Origin: Spirochaetota bacterium | Lineage (GTDB): Bacteria > Spirochaetota > UBA4802 > UBA5550 | Direction of reading: 5' to 3' | Length of the DNA: 64,000 bases | Assembly: GCA_035403545.1 (NCBI GenBank) | Contig: DAONFJ010000008.1 | Span: forward strand, 4,384 to 68,383 | Shown here: positions 22,564 through 32,660 of the stretch, piece by piece | Layout of the letters: each line of letters begins with the position of its first letter | How positions within the stretch are numbered: the stretch's first letter is position 1 | Program-made: the position numbers and the translations under genes | The notes under the pieces: generated by a model | Told to the model about the DNA's origin: nothing | What the model saw: only the letters and a program-made list of their open reading frames with translations | Databases searched by the model: none

Positions 22564-24759
22564 CTATTCAAGTTCATGCGCATTTTTAATTAATTTCGGC
22601 ACGTCAAGTATATACGCAACTTCGCCGGTACCAAGGATAGTTGAACCGCTTAGCCATTGAAGCTTACTGAATATTTTACCCATAGGTTTGATTACTGTCT
22701 GAAACTCTCCGATGAGATCATCAACAACAAGTCCGATTTTTTTTCTTGAATATTCGACTACTACAACTTTCGGTTTTTCCGGCTCTTCGCCTGATTCTCT
22801 AAAGAATTCCCGCATCTTCATAAAAGGGAGAACTTCTCCTCGCAGATTAATATAATTTCCGCCTTCTTTAGAATCAAGTTCTTCTTTACGTATCTCAGTG
22901 CATTCCGTAACCATGTCAAGGGCGAGTACATAATATGAATCGGCAATCCTTACCATGAATCCGTCAATTATAGCCAGAGTCAGCGGGAGATGTATCCGTA
23001 CCGTTGTACCAAGCCCCTTTTCGCTTTCAAGAAAAACATTACCTCGGAGAGATTCAATATTTTTCTTTACAACATCCATTCCTACACCGCGTCCCGAGAT
23101 GTTCGACACTTCTTTCGCCGTGGAAAATCCCGGCTGAAAGATGAATTTATATAATTCATCATCCGTATATGCCTGATCCGGTTTAGCAAACCCCTGTTCT
23201 ACAGCCTTATTAAGAATACTTTCCCTGTTCAGGCCGTCGCCGTCATCGGATACTTCAATCACGATACTTCCGGTTTCATGATAAGCATTCAATGTGAGGA
23301 TACCTGCGGCCGGTTTACCGGCCTTCTCTCTCTCGGCCGGGGTACCGATTCCATGATCTACCGAGTTACGGATAAGATGTATTAATGGATCGGACAGTTT
23401 ATCTATAAGGGTCTTGTCGAGTTCTGTTTCACCGCCGATTATCTTCAGTTCAACACTCTTCCCTTTTTCCCTGCTGAGGTCACGGACTACTCTTTCAAAT
23501 CTGCTGAAAGTCTCACCGATAGGAACCATCCGTATCCCCATTGTACTGTCTCTTATCTCTTCTATGAGTTTTGACATATCAGTAACAGCTTTCGCTATTC
23601 CCAGCTTGTCGTCTGATTCGGAGATCTGTTTTACGTTTGAACCTGTTATTACAAGTTCACCGATAAGATTTATAAGATGATCAAGTTTCTCCGCATCTAT
23701 TCTTATGAGTTTACGGTCGCTCGCCTCTCTCTTCTTTACATTTTCCTGTTTGCTCAGGGCCGCATCCAGAATGTGTTTCTGTATCATCTTCTCTTCAACA
23801 AGTATCTTACCCACAAGAAGGTCTTCCGGCGGTTTCTTTTTTTCTGCGGAAAGTTCCGCCTGCAGCTCAAGAGCTATTTCGAGTTCAGTATCAGTCAATG
23901 ATCCTATCTCGCGAAGCATATCCCCGATCTTCATAGGTGTCTCGGGCAGTTCTTCTATAAGTTTAACATATTCTGCTATACTGGATTTCGGAGGGAGTAT
24001 CCTTATATTGCAATCGTTCATAACGAAATCAAAAACATCCTCAATCTCTTTCTTGTTTATGCTGCTTCTGAAATCCATTTCAAATCCGAGATAACAGAGA
24101 TCTGCTTTCATCTCACTGCCGTAAGGCATGTCTTCATAAACAGTTTTAATGTTCTGTATTTCACCTTTCTCGCCCAGATAACTGATAAATGAATATGGAT
24201 CAAGTCCGTCTTTAAAAACATTTCTTCCGAACCTCAGAGATATATGCCAGCAATCGTTGCATACCAGCATCTCATCCGGATCTGCGCATGATGATTCCAG
24301 TTCAATAACAGTCTCAAGTTCCTTCTCTTTTAACTTTTCGGTTTTTTCAGCATCCGGAATAAAATTATTCAGACGTTCTTTAAGTACTGCGAACAGGGAT
24401 TCGCTCTCATCGTCAAGCGGGAGTTCCTCTTTACTTTCATAATGGTCAAGGAGTATCTGTATAAAATCATGGCATTCAAGTAGAAGGCCGATTAATTCAG
24501 GGGTTATTATTACTGTTTTGTTTCGCGTGCACACAAGAAGATTTTCCAGGACATGCGCGAATTCGCCGATCCGTCCGAATCCGAACATCCCGGAATTTCC
24601 CTTAATTGTATGGGCAGTCCTGAAAATGGAGTTAATCGAATCTTCATTTGTACTCTCTTTTTCCAGCGCAAGAAGTGACATCTCCATTGAGTCAAGAAGT
24701 TCCCTGCTCTCGGTAAAATAGACATTTTTAAAATTCTTTTCGTTATTTATATCTGCCAT
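22564..24759 (-). CDS. cheA: Chemotaxis histidine kinase CheA
   Basis: P1 FRTAHTIKG, dimerisation LDHLINLIGELVI, HLIRNSVDHGI, GRGVGMDVVK, P5 LPLTLAII. Confidence 0.96.
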   Translation of the reverse strand: MADINNEKNFKNVYFTESRELLDSMEMSLLALEKESTNEDSINSIFRTAHTIKGNSGMFGFGRIGEFAHVLENLLVCTRNKTVIITPELIGLLLECHDFIQILLDHYESKEELPLDDESESLFAVLKERLNNFIPDAEKTEKLKEKELETVIELESSCADPDEMLVCNDCWHISLRFGRNVFKDGLDPYSFISYLGEKGEIQNIKTVYEDMPYGSEMKADLCYLGFEMDFRSSINKKEIEDVFDFVMNDCNIRILPPKSSIAEYVKLIEELPETPMKIGDMLREIGSLTDTELEIALELQAELSAEKKKPPEDLLVGKILVEEKMIQKHILDAALSKQENVKKREASDRKLIRIDAEKLDHLINLIGELVITGSNVKQISESDDKLGIAKAVTDMSKLIEEIRDSTMGIRMVPIGETFSRFERVVRDLSREKGKSVELKIIGGETELDKTLIDKLSDPLIHLIRNSVDHGIGTPAEREKAGKPAAGILTLNAYHETGSIVIEVSDDGDGLNRESILNKAVEQGFAKPDQAYTDDELYKFIFQPGFSTAKEVSNISGRGVGMDVVKKNIESLRGNVFLESEKGLGTTVRIHLPLTLAIIDGFMVRIADSYYVLALDMVTECTEIRKEELDSKEGGNYINLRGEVLPFMKMREFFRESGEEPEKPKVVVVEYSRKKIGLVVDDLIGEFQTVIKPMGKIFSKLQWLSGSTILGTGEVAYILDVPKLIKNAHELE

Positions 24760-24773
24760 GCCGCCCCTCCATG

Positions 24774-25067
24774 TTATATTTTCTCTTTATAAAAAGTGAA
24801 CATTTTATTTAACCTGCTGTTCATTTCAGTTACCCTGAAACTTTTATCATGCAGATCCGCTTCACGCTTTAGAAAGAGAAGGAGCTGAAATCCCGCAGTA
24901 TCAGCTTCATCTACATCAGCAAGATCCAGCGTCAATCCCGGGCAGAATTTAAGTTCATTCAGCAGAATATCTTTCAGTTTCACAGCGGAGTATACGGTCA
25001 TCTCTCCAGTTAATTTTAAATGAAGATCTTCATTATCTGTTTTTTTTCTGATTATCTTAAGTCTCAT
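24774..25067 (-). CDS. STAS-domain (anti-sigma-antagonist-like) protein
   Basis: LKLTGEMTVYSA...LDLADVDEADTAGFQLLL. STAS genes are typical of F7/F8-type che clusters. Confidence 0.88.
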   Translation of the reverse strand: MRLKIIRKKTDNEDLHLKLTGEMTVYSAVKLKDILLNELKFCPGLTLDLADVDEADTAGFQLLLFLKREADLHDKSFRVTEMNSRLNKMFTFYKEKI

Positions 25068-25094
25068 AGCACACCTTCTCTTTTATCATCCTGT

Positions 25095-25463
25095 CTATAC
25101 TGTAAAAAGTTTTTTTACAGCGTTAATAAGCTGCTCAGGCTGAAATGGTTTTATCATCCAGGCCCTGGCTCCAGCCTCTTTTCCCTCGTTTATCATATCG
25201 CCGCCTGCTTCGGTTGTCAGCATTATTACCGGTGTGTGTTTATAATTCCTGTCTTCTTTTATTTTTTTAAGCAGAGTAATTCCATCCATTTCAGGCATAT
25301 TGACGTCAGATATAAAAAGGCCTATGATGTGCTCTCTCATCAGATTAAGCGCATCCACACCGTTAGCTGCTTCAACCACTTCGTAGCCGGCACTCTTCAG
25401 CGTAAAAAGCAGGGACTGCCGTACCGCATTTGAATCATCAATAACCATTATTTTTTTTGACAT
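25095..25463 (-). CDS. cheY: CheY-like single-domain response regulator (start ATG 25463)
   Basis: MVIDDS...ISDVNMPEMDG...LTTE...MIKPF; adjacent to STAS-cheA. Confidence 0.88.
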   Translation of the reverse strand: MSKKIMVIDDSNAVRQSLLFTLKSAGYEVVEAANGVDALNLMREHIIGLFISDVNMPEMDGITLLKKIKEDRNYKHTPVIMLTTEAGGDMINEGKEAGARAWMIKPFQPEQLINAVKKLFTV

Positions 25464-25542
25464 TTTTTTCTCCCGGTTCAAATAGTATCTTTATTATTAA
25501 TATAACTTCTCAAAAAACGCGGATAATCATGCTCTCTGCGGG

Positions 25543-26088
25543 TCATTGGAAATTCCCATCAATATTAGATAATTCTTCTATGTTTAATATGTTCTGCACC
25601 CTGAGAAGTATAACAAACTGATCGTCAAGTTTTCCTATACCTTCGACAAAGTCAGGTCTTATTCTGCTTCCGATTTCAGGTACAGCTTCAATATTACTTT
25701 CATAAAGTTCTGTTACAGCTTTTACTGAATCGATGATAACACCAATTGGAGTCTTATGATTATCATCGTCAACCTCCACCACAACAATTGATGTAGTGGA
25801 GGTTACCTTGAATGATGTATTATAGAACCTGGAATGAAGATCGATAATCGGCACAACCTCGCCTCTCAGATTTATTACTCCTTTTAAAAATTCCGGGACC
25901 CGCGGTAATTTAAAAACCTGTTTATATTCAATTACTTCACGTATTTCACTCACCTGTATTCCGAAAAGATCTTTCCCGAGCAGAAAAGTCAGGTAGAGCA
26001 CCAAATCACCGTCTGCAGATACAGTCATTTCACTTTCCGGATCAATGTTTAAAACATAATCTTCATCGGTTCTAATTATTTCTTCCAT
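25543..26088 (-). CDS. cheW: CheW scaffold protein (alternative start 26103)
   Basis: YLTFLLGKDLFGI...GVINLRGEVVPIIDL...GVIIDSV. Confidence 0.93.
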   Translation of the reverse strand: MEEIIRTDEDYVLNIDPESEMTVSADGDLVLYLTFLLGKDLFGIQVSEIREVIEYKQVFKLPRVPEFLKGVINLRGEVVPIIDLHSRFYNTSFKVTSTTSIVVVEVDDDNHKTPIGVIIDSVKAVTELYESNIEAVPEIGSRIRPDFVEGIGKLDDQFVILLRVQNILNIEELSNIDGNFQ

Positions 26089-26137
26089 TGCTTCACCTTC
26101 CATTTACTTATACTTATCGTGCCCCGATTTCTACCGA

Positions 26138-26156
26138 CCCCGCACCCCGGAGGGGG
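26138..26156. repeat. GC-rich intergenic element at the cheB/cheW junction
   Basis: CCCCGCACCCCGGAGGGGG. Confidence 0.75.
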
Positions 26157-26235
26157 CAAAGATTAATTTCAACATCATACTTATACATCTTCTATAAAAT
26201 CTTATCTGCTTTTGCTCCATCCTCGGGTGTAGAGC

Positions 26236-27318
26236 CTAGTTTACACACTCCCGGAGTACAGCACCTGCAATTGCATTGAGTGGAAGAATCTTATCAACCG
26301 CTCCAAGTTTTATCGCTTCATTGGGCATTCCGAAAACTACACATGATTTTTCGTCCTGCGCTATATTATATGCTCCCGCCTGTTTCATCTCAAGCATCCC
26401 GCGCGCACCGTCATCACCCATACCGGTCATCATAACACCGACTGTATTAGCACCGGAAAACTGCGCAGCCGACCTGAAGAGCACGTCCACCGATGGACGG
26501 TGCCGTGAAACGAGCGGGCCATCTTTTACTTCAACATAATATCTTGCCCCGCTTCGTTTAATAAGAAGATGTTTATTGCCTGGAGCGATAAGGGCCCTGC
26601 CGCGGAGAATAGTATCATTGTCCTCCGCCTCTTTGACTTCTATATCACATAATCCGTTAAGGCGGGCTGCGAATGCTTTCGTAAAATTTTCAGGCATATG
26701 CTGGACAATTACAATTCCAGGGCAATCCCGGGGTATCGCTTCCAGAAATATTCTCAAGGCTTCGGTCCCGCCGGTTGAAGCTCCGACCGCTACTATTTTC
26801 TCTGTAGTGCGCAGCATCGCTTTGCCGGTCGGGCGCGGAATTACAGCATCGGCGCTTAACTTCGCGGATGGTTTAATCCTGTTTTTCATTGAAATGCTTA
26901 TTACTTTGACCTGTGCCGCTGCTTTTACTGTATCACATATTCTAATCTGCGATTCTTCAATAAACTGCTGGATACCAATTTTGGGTTTGGTAATAATATC
27001 AACAGCCCCGTACTCAAGCGCGCGGAGGGTAGTTTCAGCCCCGGCTTCAGTAAGACTCGAACACATAACTACAGGGAGAGGATGTTGAGTCATGATTTTC
27101 CGGAGAAAAGTTATTCCGTCCATGCGCGGCATCTCAACATCAAGTATAATTACATCGGGAAGTTCTTTCCTGATTTTCTCAGCGGCTATGAACGGATCTC
27201 CCGCCGTATCAAGTACTTCGATCGCGGGATCTGATTCAAGAATCTCTCTCATCACCTGGCGGACAACAGCTGAATCGTCAACCACAAGCACTTTGATTTT
27301 TTTCTGCATTAAATTCAC
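26236..27318 (-). CDS. cheB: Chemotaxis methylesterase CheB (REC + esterase)
   Basis: [14 protein letters not shown]; intact catalytic motifs GASTGG, QHMP, GMGDDG. Confidence 0.96.
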   Translation of the reverse strand: MNLMQKKIKVLVVDDSAVVRQVMREILESDPAIEVLDTAGDPFIAAEKIRKELPDVIILDVEMPRMDGITFLRKIMTQHPLPVVMCSSLTEAGAETTLRALEYGAVDIITKPKIGIQQFIEESQIRICDTVKAAAQVKVISISMKNRIKPSAKLSADAVIPRPTGKAMLRTTEKIVAVGASTGGTEALRIFLEAIPRDCPGIVIVQHMPENFTKAFAARLNGLCDIEVKEAEDNDTILRGRALIAPGNKHLLIKRSGARYYVEVKDGPLVSRHRPSVDVLFRSAAQFSGANTVGVMMTGMGDDGARGMLEMKQAGAYNIAQDEKSCVVFGMPNEAIKLGAVDKILPLNAIAGAVLRECVN

Positions 27319-27382
27319 CCTGTTAAAACAAATGTTACCAAATTAAGACATCGTCTACCAACGCACACATCTCACTCCAGCT

Positions 27383-27401
27383 CCCTCCGGGGGTGCGGGG
27401 G
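27383..27401. repeat. GC-rich intergenic element at the cheR/cheB junction (opposite orientation)
   Basis: CCCTCCGGGGGTGCGGGGG, 3 nt beyond the cheR stop. Confidence 0.75.
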
Positions 27402-27404
27402 ATC

Positions 27405-28298
27405 TCACTCCTTCGGTTTCCTGTATACTGTCGGGCCCGCGGGGATAAAATCGCTATTAACACCATAAAGAGTTTCAGAACTCCCGATGAAAAGATATCC
27501 CCCGGGTACCAGATGTTTATAAAACTTTTTAAATAATTCCTTTTGTGTTTCCTTATCAAAATAAATAATAACATTGCGGCAGAATATAATATCCATATCC
27601 GTATCAACATTAAACTTAGTATCCATCAGGTTCAGCTGTTTAAAAGTCACTCTCTCCCTGAGCGGAGGAACGATTCTGAACAGTCCTTTCTTCTCGCCCG
27701 TTCCCCGCATAAGATATTTATGCCTCATTGAGACCGGGATCGGCTGTATTACGCTCTCCGGGTAAATTGCGTCATAACCGGTCTGCAGAACTTTTGGAGA
27801 GATGTCAGTGGCGAGGATTCTGTATTTACCATTATTTTTCATACCGGAAAAATATTCCGACATTACCATAGTAAGAGTATAAGCCTCCTCGCCGGTTGAA
27901 CATCCTGCACTCCATATATTAACCATTTTTCTCTCATTAAAATTTTCCAATGCGGCAAGATCCGGTAATACCTTTTTTACGAGAATATCAAAATGATCCG
28001 GCTCGCGGAAAAAGTCAGTTTTATTTGTTGTTACTGCATCAATCATTTTGCTGAACTCTTCTAATTTTCCCTTTTCGGTACAGAGAAAATCGTAGTATTC
28101 TTTGTACGATCTGAGCCCGAGAACTTTAAGACGCTTTGTCAGCCTTGAAATAAGCATAAGTTTTTTTGTCGGAGGCATTTTAATTCCCAGACGGTTATAG
28201 ATAAGTGTACTGAATAGTGAAAATTCACTGTCACTCATGTTCACAACACCGGTTCCGGAAATTGATGTCTCTTCGCTTATGTTTATTTTACCAGGCAT
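27405..28298 (-). CDS. cheR: Full-length chemotaxis methyltransferase CheR
   Basis: N-domain (GIKMPPTKKLMLISRL), TTNKTDFFRE, WSAGCSTGEEAY, ATDIS, FCRNVIIYF. Confidence 0.96.
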   Translation of the reverse strand: MPGKINISEETSISGTGVVNMSDSEFSLFSTLIYNRLGIKMPPTKKLMLISRLTKRLKVLGLRSYKEYYDFLCTEKGKLEEFSKMIDAVTTNKTDFFREPDHFDILVKKVLPDLAALENFNERKMVNIWSAGCSTGEEAYTLTMVMSEYFSGMKNNGKYRILATDISPKVLQTGYDAIYPESVIQPIPVSMRHKYLMRGTGEKKGLFRIVPPLRERVTFKQLNLMDTKFNVDTDMDIIFCRNVIIYFDKETQKELFKKFYKHLVPGGYLFIGSSETLYGVNSDFIPAGPTVYRKPKE

Positions 28299-28321
28299 CT
28301 GTTTATTCTACCTCCTTTTAG

Positions 28322-28342
28322 CCCCCGCACCCCCGGAGGGGG
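28322..28342. repeat. GC-rich intergenic element at the MCP/cheR junction
   Basis: CCCCCGCACCCCCGGAGGGGG, immediately upstream of the cheR RBS (AGGAGG on the minus strand). Confidence 0.75.
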
Positions 28343-28375
28343 CCGACAAGTGCTGATTGCAAAATTTTTTAGTGC

Positions 28376-30631
28376 CTAGTATCTCTCAAATCCGTCATCT
28401 GAACTCATATCCAGCATTACACCGCCTGCAGTTAATTCAGAAGGTTCTGTATTACCGAATTTTTTCTTCACAGCGGCAGGATCTGCAGTATGATAATCAT
28501 GCTTCAAAACAGGTTTTCTACTTTCATTGCGTACAGTACCTGATTTATGCGTAAAGCTCATGCTCCGCCCATCACCATTATTTTTAACTTTAAAGAATGA
28601 TGCTGACTGCTGGAGCTGTTCTGCCTGGCTTAGAAGCTCTTCTGTTGTTGATGCCATCTCTTCTGTCGCTGCGGCACTCTGCTGAATGCCTTTATCAAGC
28701 TGTTCAACTGCCTGGGTTACCTGTGCAATCCCGTTTGCCTGTTCAGAACTTGAAGCATTTATCTCCTGAACGAGCTCCGCTGTTTTCTGTATCTGCGGGA
28801 CAATTTCTTCTATCAGTTTACCGGCTCTCTCTGCGACTTCAACTGACTGCACTGAGAGATTGTTAATTTCTTTAGCCGCGTTACCGCTTCTCTCGGCAAG
28901 ATTTCTTACTTCACCGGCAACAACTGCAAATCCTTTACCATGATCTCCGGCACGGGCAGCTTCAATAGCGGCATTAAGCGCGAGCATATTTGTCTGTGCG
29001 GCGATATCTTCAATAACAGCAATTTTTTCCGCGATACTCTTCATCGCTTTTACGGTTTCTGCAACAGCAATTCCGCCCTCCTGCGCATCTTTAGAAGCTT
29101 TTATTGAAATCGCTGCAGTCTGTTTAGCGTTATCGGCATTCTGCACAACAGAGCTGTTCATCTCTTCCATTGAACTTGAAACCTGTTCAACGCTTGCTGA
29201 CTGTTCGTTCGCGCTCTGTGCCATCTCTTCCGCAGATGAACTCATCTCACCGCTTCCTGTAGCAACCTGATTCGCCGCTGACTGAACATCTACCGCAATT
29301 GTGGTAAGATCGGCTACCATCTTTTTGAGAGCCTGCATCAGTTTATCCTGGGAAGACCTCTCTTCAACTGTAACCATAAGATTACCGGTTGCAATCTCCT
29401 GGGCAACACCGGTAATTGCATTCATTGCTTCAATAAGCACATTGAGATTATTTTTAATTTCGTTAAAATCACCGTTGTAGTTATCTGTAATTTTAGGAGG
29501 AATATCACCTTTGGAAATTCTATCTACATACTCAGCTGCTACATTCAAAGGCCCTATCACGGCATCAAGCGTATCATTAACACCTCTGACAACAGCTGCA
29601 AAGTCACCCTGGTGTTTTGATGCATCAGCGCGCGTATCAAGCCTTCCCTCTACTGCGGCCTTTGAAAGCATGTTGGCATCAGCAACCAATCCGCTTACGG
29701 CATCTATAGCCTGGTTCAGATTATTTTTTATCTCATTGAAATCGCCATGGTAGGTATCTGTAATTTTAGCGGGAATATCACCTTTTGAAATTCTATCTAC
29801 ATATTCAGCGGCGACATTAAGAGGGCCTATAACCGCATCGAGTATGTTGTTCAAGCCTTCGCCGATAGTCCTGAATTCAAAATTAATTTCATTTGTATTG
29901 GCACGTGTATCCAGTCTGCCGTCAATGGCAGCCTGGGTAACGATTGCCACCTCTTTCATCATACCTTTTATTATTGCGGAGATATTGCGCATAATTATAA
30001 ATGTCAGTACTAAAGCAAAAGCGATAGCTATGACAATTAAGGTATACATAAGCACGGTTGCTGAATTAGCTAAAACCGTGTTTTCCTCAGATGTTTTTTT
30101 TGCTAATGCATTTTTTAGTTCAAACTGTCTATCTATACCCTCAATAATCACTCTCGCTGTAGTATTTCCTTCACCATATAAAAGTGCAGATGCTTCTGTT
30201 TTTTTATTCAGATTGATAAAATCAGTTATTTTTTTCTGCTGAACCTCATAATTTTTAAAAGCTTTGATCAGATCTGCATACTGTTTTCGCCCTTCATCTG
30301 TAAGGAGAGATTTTTCATATTCAGGAAGAAGCACTTTGATCCTATCATATAATTCTTCTGCCCGTTTAATAAAATTTATCGATTCTTCAGCCTTATCGGC
30401 AGTGATTGCATCCCTCAGGTTGACTCTTATTCTGTGAAAGTTCATACCGATCTCACCAAGTTGTCCTACAGGTATTGTCATACTTATGAAGAGCGCGGTA
30501 TCTGCGTCAGCAATTTTTCTGATGTTTACCGTGCCAATGATTCCAATAGCCCCGGTAATTACCGTTACAACTATAAATCCGACCAGCACCTTTATTCCAA
30601 GCTTCATATTCTTAAACATTTGGTCCTCCAT
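28376..30631 (-). CDS. Methyl-accepting chemotaxis protein: four-helix-type periplasmic domain, repeated HAMP units, C-terminal pentapeptide GFERY
   Basis: Two TMs; duplicated [24 protein letters not shown] unit; [34 protein letters not shown] tip. Confidence 0.94.
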   Translation of the reverse strand: MEDQMFKNMKLGIKVLVGFIVVTVITGAIGIIGTVNIRKIADADTALFISMTIPVGQLGEIGMNFHRIRVNLRDAITADKAEESINFIKRAEELYDRIKVLLPEYEKSLLTDEGRKQYADLIKAFKNYEVQQKKITDFINLNKKTEASALLYGEGNTTARVIIEGIDRQFELKNALAKKTSEENTVLANSATVLMYTLIVIAIAFALVLTFIIMRNISAIIKGMMKEVAIVTQAAIDGRLDTRANTNEINFEFRTIGEGLNNILDAVIGPLNVAAEYVDRISKGDIPAKITDTYHGDFNEIKNNLNQAIDAVSGLVADANMLSKAAVEGRLDTRADASKHQGDFAAVVRGVNDTLDAVIGPLNVAAEYVDRISKGDIPPKITDNYNGDFNEIKNNLNVLIEAMNAITGVAQEIATGNLMVTVEERSSQDKLMQALKKMVADLTTIAVDVQSAANQVATGSGEMSSSAEEMAQSANEQSASVEQVSSSMEEMNSSVVQNADNAKQTAAISIKASKDAQEGGIAVAETVKAMKSIAEKIAVIEDIAAQTNMLALNAAIEAARAGDHGKGFAVVAGEVRNLAERSGNAAKEINNLSVQSVEVAERAGKLIEEIVPQIQKTAELVQEINASSSEQANGIAQVTQAVEQLDKGIQQSAAATEEMASTTEELLSQAEQLQQSASFFKVKNNGDGRSMSFTHKSGTVRNESRKPVLKHDYHTADPAAVKKKFGNTEPSELTAGGVMLDMSSDDGFERY

Positions 30632-30702
30632 AAACTGTTATATTGCATAAATTTTATTAGTTCCATTTTTACTAAACTCCGTTAGACCTCGAACCCTTTG
30701 CT

Positions 30703-30721
30703 CCCCCCGGGGATGCGGGGG
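30703..30721. repeat. GC-rich intergenic element at the MBL/MCP junction
   Basis: CCCCCCGGGGATGCGGGGG; a partial TCCGGGTGCGG follows at 30731-30741. Confidence 0.7.
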
Positions 30722-30760
30722 CCTGAGATTTCCGGGTGCGGCAAAGACCCGTTAAATACA

Positions 30761-31399
30761 CTAGTGATACTGTCCCGGGTTAAGCCCCATTCCTGCCCGG
30801 ATATTATCAAGCGACCGCCTCAGTGCCGTGCTGCATCCATCAAGCATCGGCTCGCCATGACCGAAGTATATTGCTTTAACTTCCCGCCTGCAGAGCCGTT
30901 CCATCGCTTTAATAAAATGTTCTTCATATGTGCTGTCTGTTGACCTTACTATCACCGGCGTATCACCGGAAAAAAGAACTCCATCCTCGGGACAGTACAA
31001 ACAAATTGAATCACTGCTGTGTCCCGGCGCATGGAGTACTTCAAAGTTCCTGTCGCCCATTCTTATAATTTCGCCGTCTTTAAGAATTCTGTCCACTCCC
31101 TCGAGTGATCTTGAATACGCGTATACTTTCGGATTAAAAACTGTCTTAACATTTCTAAGCATCGAGGTGTGGTCATAATGATTATGTGTAAGGACCACAT
31201 TCTCGACCGGTTTTTTCCCTGCACCGGTTGAAATTTCAAATACCTTCTCCAGAGCCGCAAGGTCCCGGCCCACATCAACCAGAGTGTTGACATCATCCAT
31301 AGAGTTCCACGTCCCTGTAACCAGGTATACATTTGAAGTATAGATCATGCTCTTCTCTGTAAGATTATATATCTTCACAATACAATCTCCGTTCATCAT
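30761..31399 (-). CDS. MBL-fold metallo-hydrolase embedded in the che operon
   Basis: THNHYDH, HAPGHSSDS, FSGDT and FGHG motifs; abuts or overlaps the short CheR stop. Confidence 0.9.
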   Translation of the reverse strand: MMNGDCIVKIYNLTEKSMIYTSNVYLVTGTWNSMDDVNTLVDVGRDLAALEKVFEISTGAGKKPVENVVLTHNHYDHTSMLRNVKTVFNPKVYAYSRSLEGVDRILKDGEIIRMGDRNFEVLHAPGHSSDSICLYCPEDGVLFSGDTPVIVRSTDSTYEEHFIKAMERLCRREVKAIYFGHGEPMLDGCSTALRRSLDNIRAGMGLNPGQYH

Positions 31400-32028
31400 C
31401 TCTTTGTCCCATCCGGGGGTGCGGAAGCTACCTTTCTGAATATCTGTGCATTGGGGACTACCTGCTCAAATAATCCCTCAAGTTCAACCGGCATCTTCTG
31501 CGTCTGCTCCGATACGAAGTAACCTCCATCAATAAGGTTTTCATGAAACATCCTTATTACCTTAACCCGCTCTTCATAAGTAAAATGAAGAAGAACGTTT
31601 TTACACATAACAAGGCCGAAGTCATGGTCCGCGGGTTTAAGGGAGAGAAGATCGTGCTTTGAAAATTTTATTGATTTTATCATCTCATCCGAAATTTTAT
31701 AATTATCTGTTCCGTCGACTTTCGTGAAGTATTTGTAGAAAATATCTTTGGGTATTCTTTCAAGCTGGTCACTGGGATACTCCCCGCTTTCAATTATTTT
31801 CCGGAAGAGGTTGCTGCCGTCGATATCCGTTGCAGAAATCTTTACGTTCCTGAATATCATATTCCCCATATTCTCCCGCAGAATAATTGCAAGAGAGTAA
31901 GGTTCGGGCCCCATGGCACATCCGGCATCCCAGACTTTTATGTGCCTTTTTGTCCGGAGTGTGGGAATTGCGTAATCGCGGATCATCTCCAGCGTCTGCA
32001 TGTCCCGGAAAAAATAAGTAAAAGCCAT
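31396..32028 (-). CDS. Short CheR-family methyltransferase lacking the N-terminal helical domain
   Basis: Begins at MAFTYFFRD (equivalent to TxFFRE); WDAGCAMGPEPYSLA, ATDID, KHDLL, CKNVLLHF. Confidence 0.9.
   Translation of the reverse strand: MAFTYFFRDMQTLEMIRDYAIPTLRTKRHIKVWDAGCAMGPEPYSLAIILRENMGNMIFRNVKISATDIDGSNLFRKIIESGEYPSDQLERIPKDIFYKYFTKVDGTDNYKISDEMIKSIKFSKHDLLSLKPADHDFGLVMCKNVLLHFTYEERVKVIRMFHENLIDGGYFVSEQTQKMPVELEGLFEQVVPNAQIFRKVASAPPDGTKR
31408..31424. repeat. Copy of the GC-rich element inside the last codons of short CheR
   Basis: CCCATCCGGGGGTGCGG; on the minus strand it lies within the codons for SAPPDG. Confidence 0.6.
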
Positions 32029-32038
32029 TCCAGATACC

Positions 32039-32548
32039 TTACTCCGCCTTGATTAATAACAATTCTTCATCAGAAAGCAGCCTGTCCACATCAAGAACGA
32101 TAACAAGCTTGTCCCCTATTTTGCCTATACCGAAAACAGAATCTTTTTCAACTTCCGACGCGAAGTGCGGAGTATGCTGAACATCATTCAGCGGCATGTT
32201 TACCACATCCGAAACTGAATCAACAATGATGCCGCAGACAACTTTTTTTACATCAATTATAATTATAACAGTATTCTGATCGTAGGTTTTCTCATCGATC
32301 TTAAACTTGATCCTCATATCAATAAGCGGAATAATTTTCCCTCTAAGGTCAATTACGCCTTTCATAAAAGGCATTGTGTCCGGGACTTTAGTAATTTTAG
32401 GAAGGTTCATGACCTCCCGGGCTCTTCTCACATCAATGCCGTATAATTCATCTTTTATCGAAAATGTCACATACTGCCTGCCGGAAATATTTTCCGTCTT
32501 TACTGTCTGCTTGTTCTGTTGGCTTATAGCTGGCATAGTATTTCTCAC
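32039..32548 (-). CDS. cheW: Second CheW (ATG 32536 is a likely start)
   Basis: QYVTFSIKDELYGI...KGVIDLRGKIIPLIDMR...GIIVDSV. Confidence 0.93.
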   Translation of the reverse strand: MRNTMPAISQQNKQTVKTENISGRQYVTFSIKDELYGIDVRRAREVMNLPKITKVPDTMPFMKGVIDLRGKIIPLIDMRIKFKIDEKTYDQNTVIIIIDVKKVVCGIIVDSVSDVVNMPLNDVQHTPHFASEVEKDSVFGIGKIGDKLVIVLDVDRLLSDEELLLIKAE

Positions 32549-32598
32549 ATATAGAATTGTTTGACTCTAACTTATAGCTCTTATGTCAAATTAGACAA

Positions 32599-32660
32599 TA
32601 ACACGAATGTGATTTATATTTGTCACGTTCGTGTTATTTTGACATAACACGAACGTGTTA
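32599..32660. promoter_or_regulatory. Three TAACAC-N4-GTGTTA-type inverted repeats upstream of the che operon
   Basis: TAACAC-GAAT-GTGATT (32599), TGTCAC-GTTC-GTGTTA (32621), TAACAC-GAAC-GTGTTA (32645). Confidence 0.65.
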
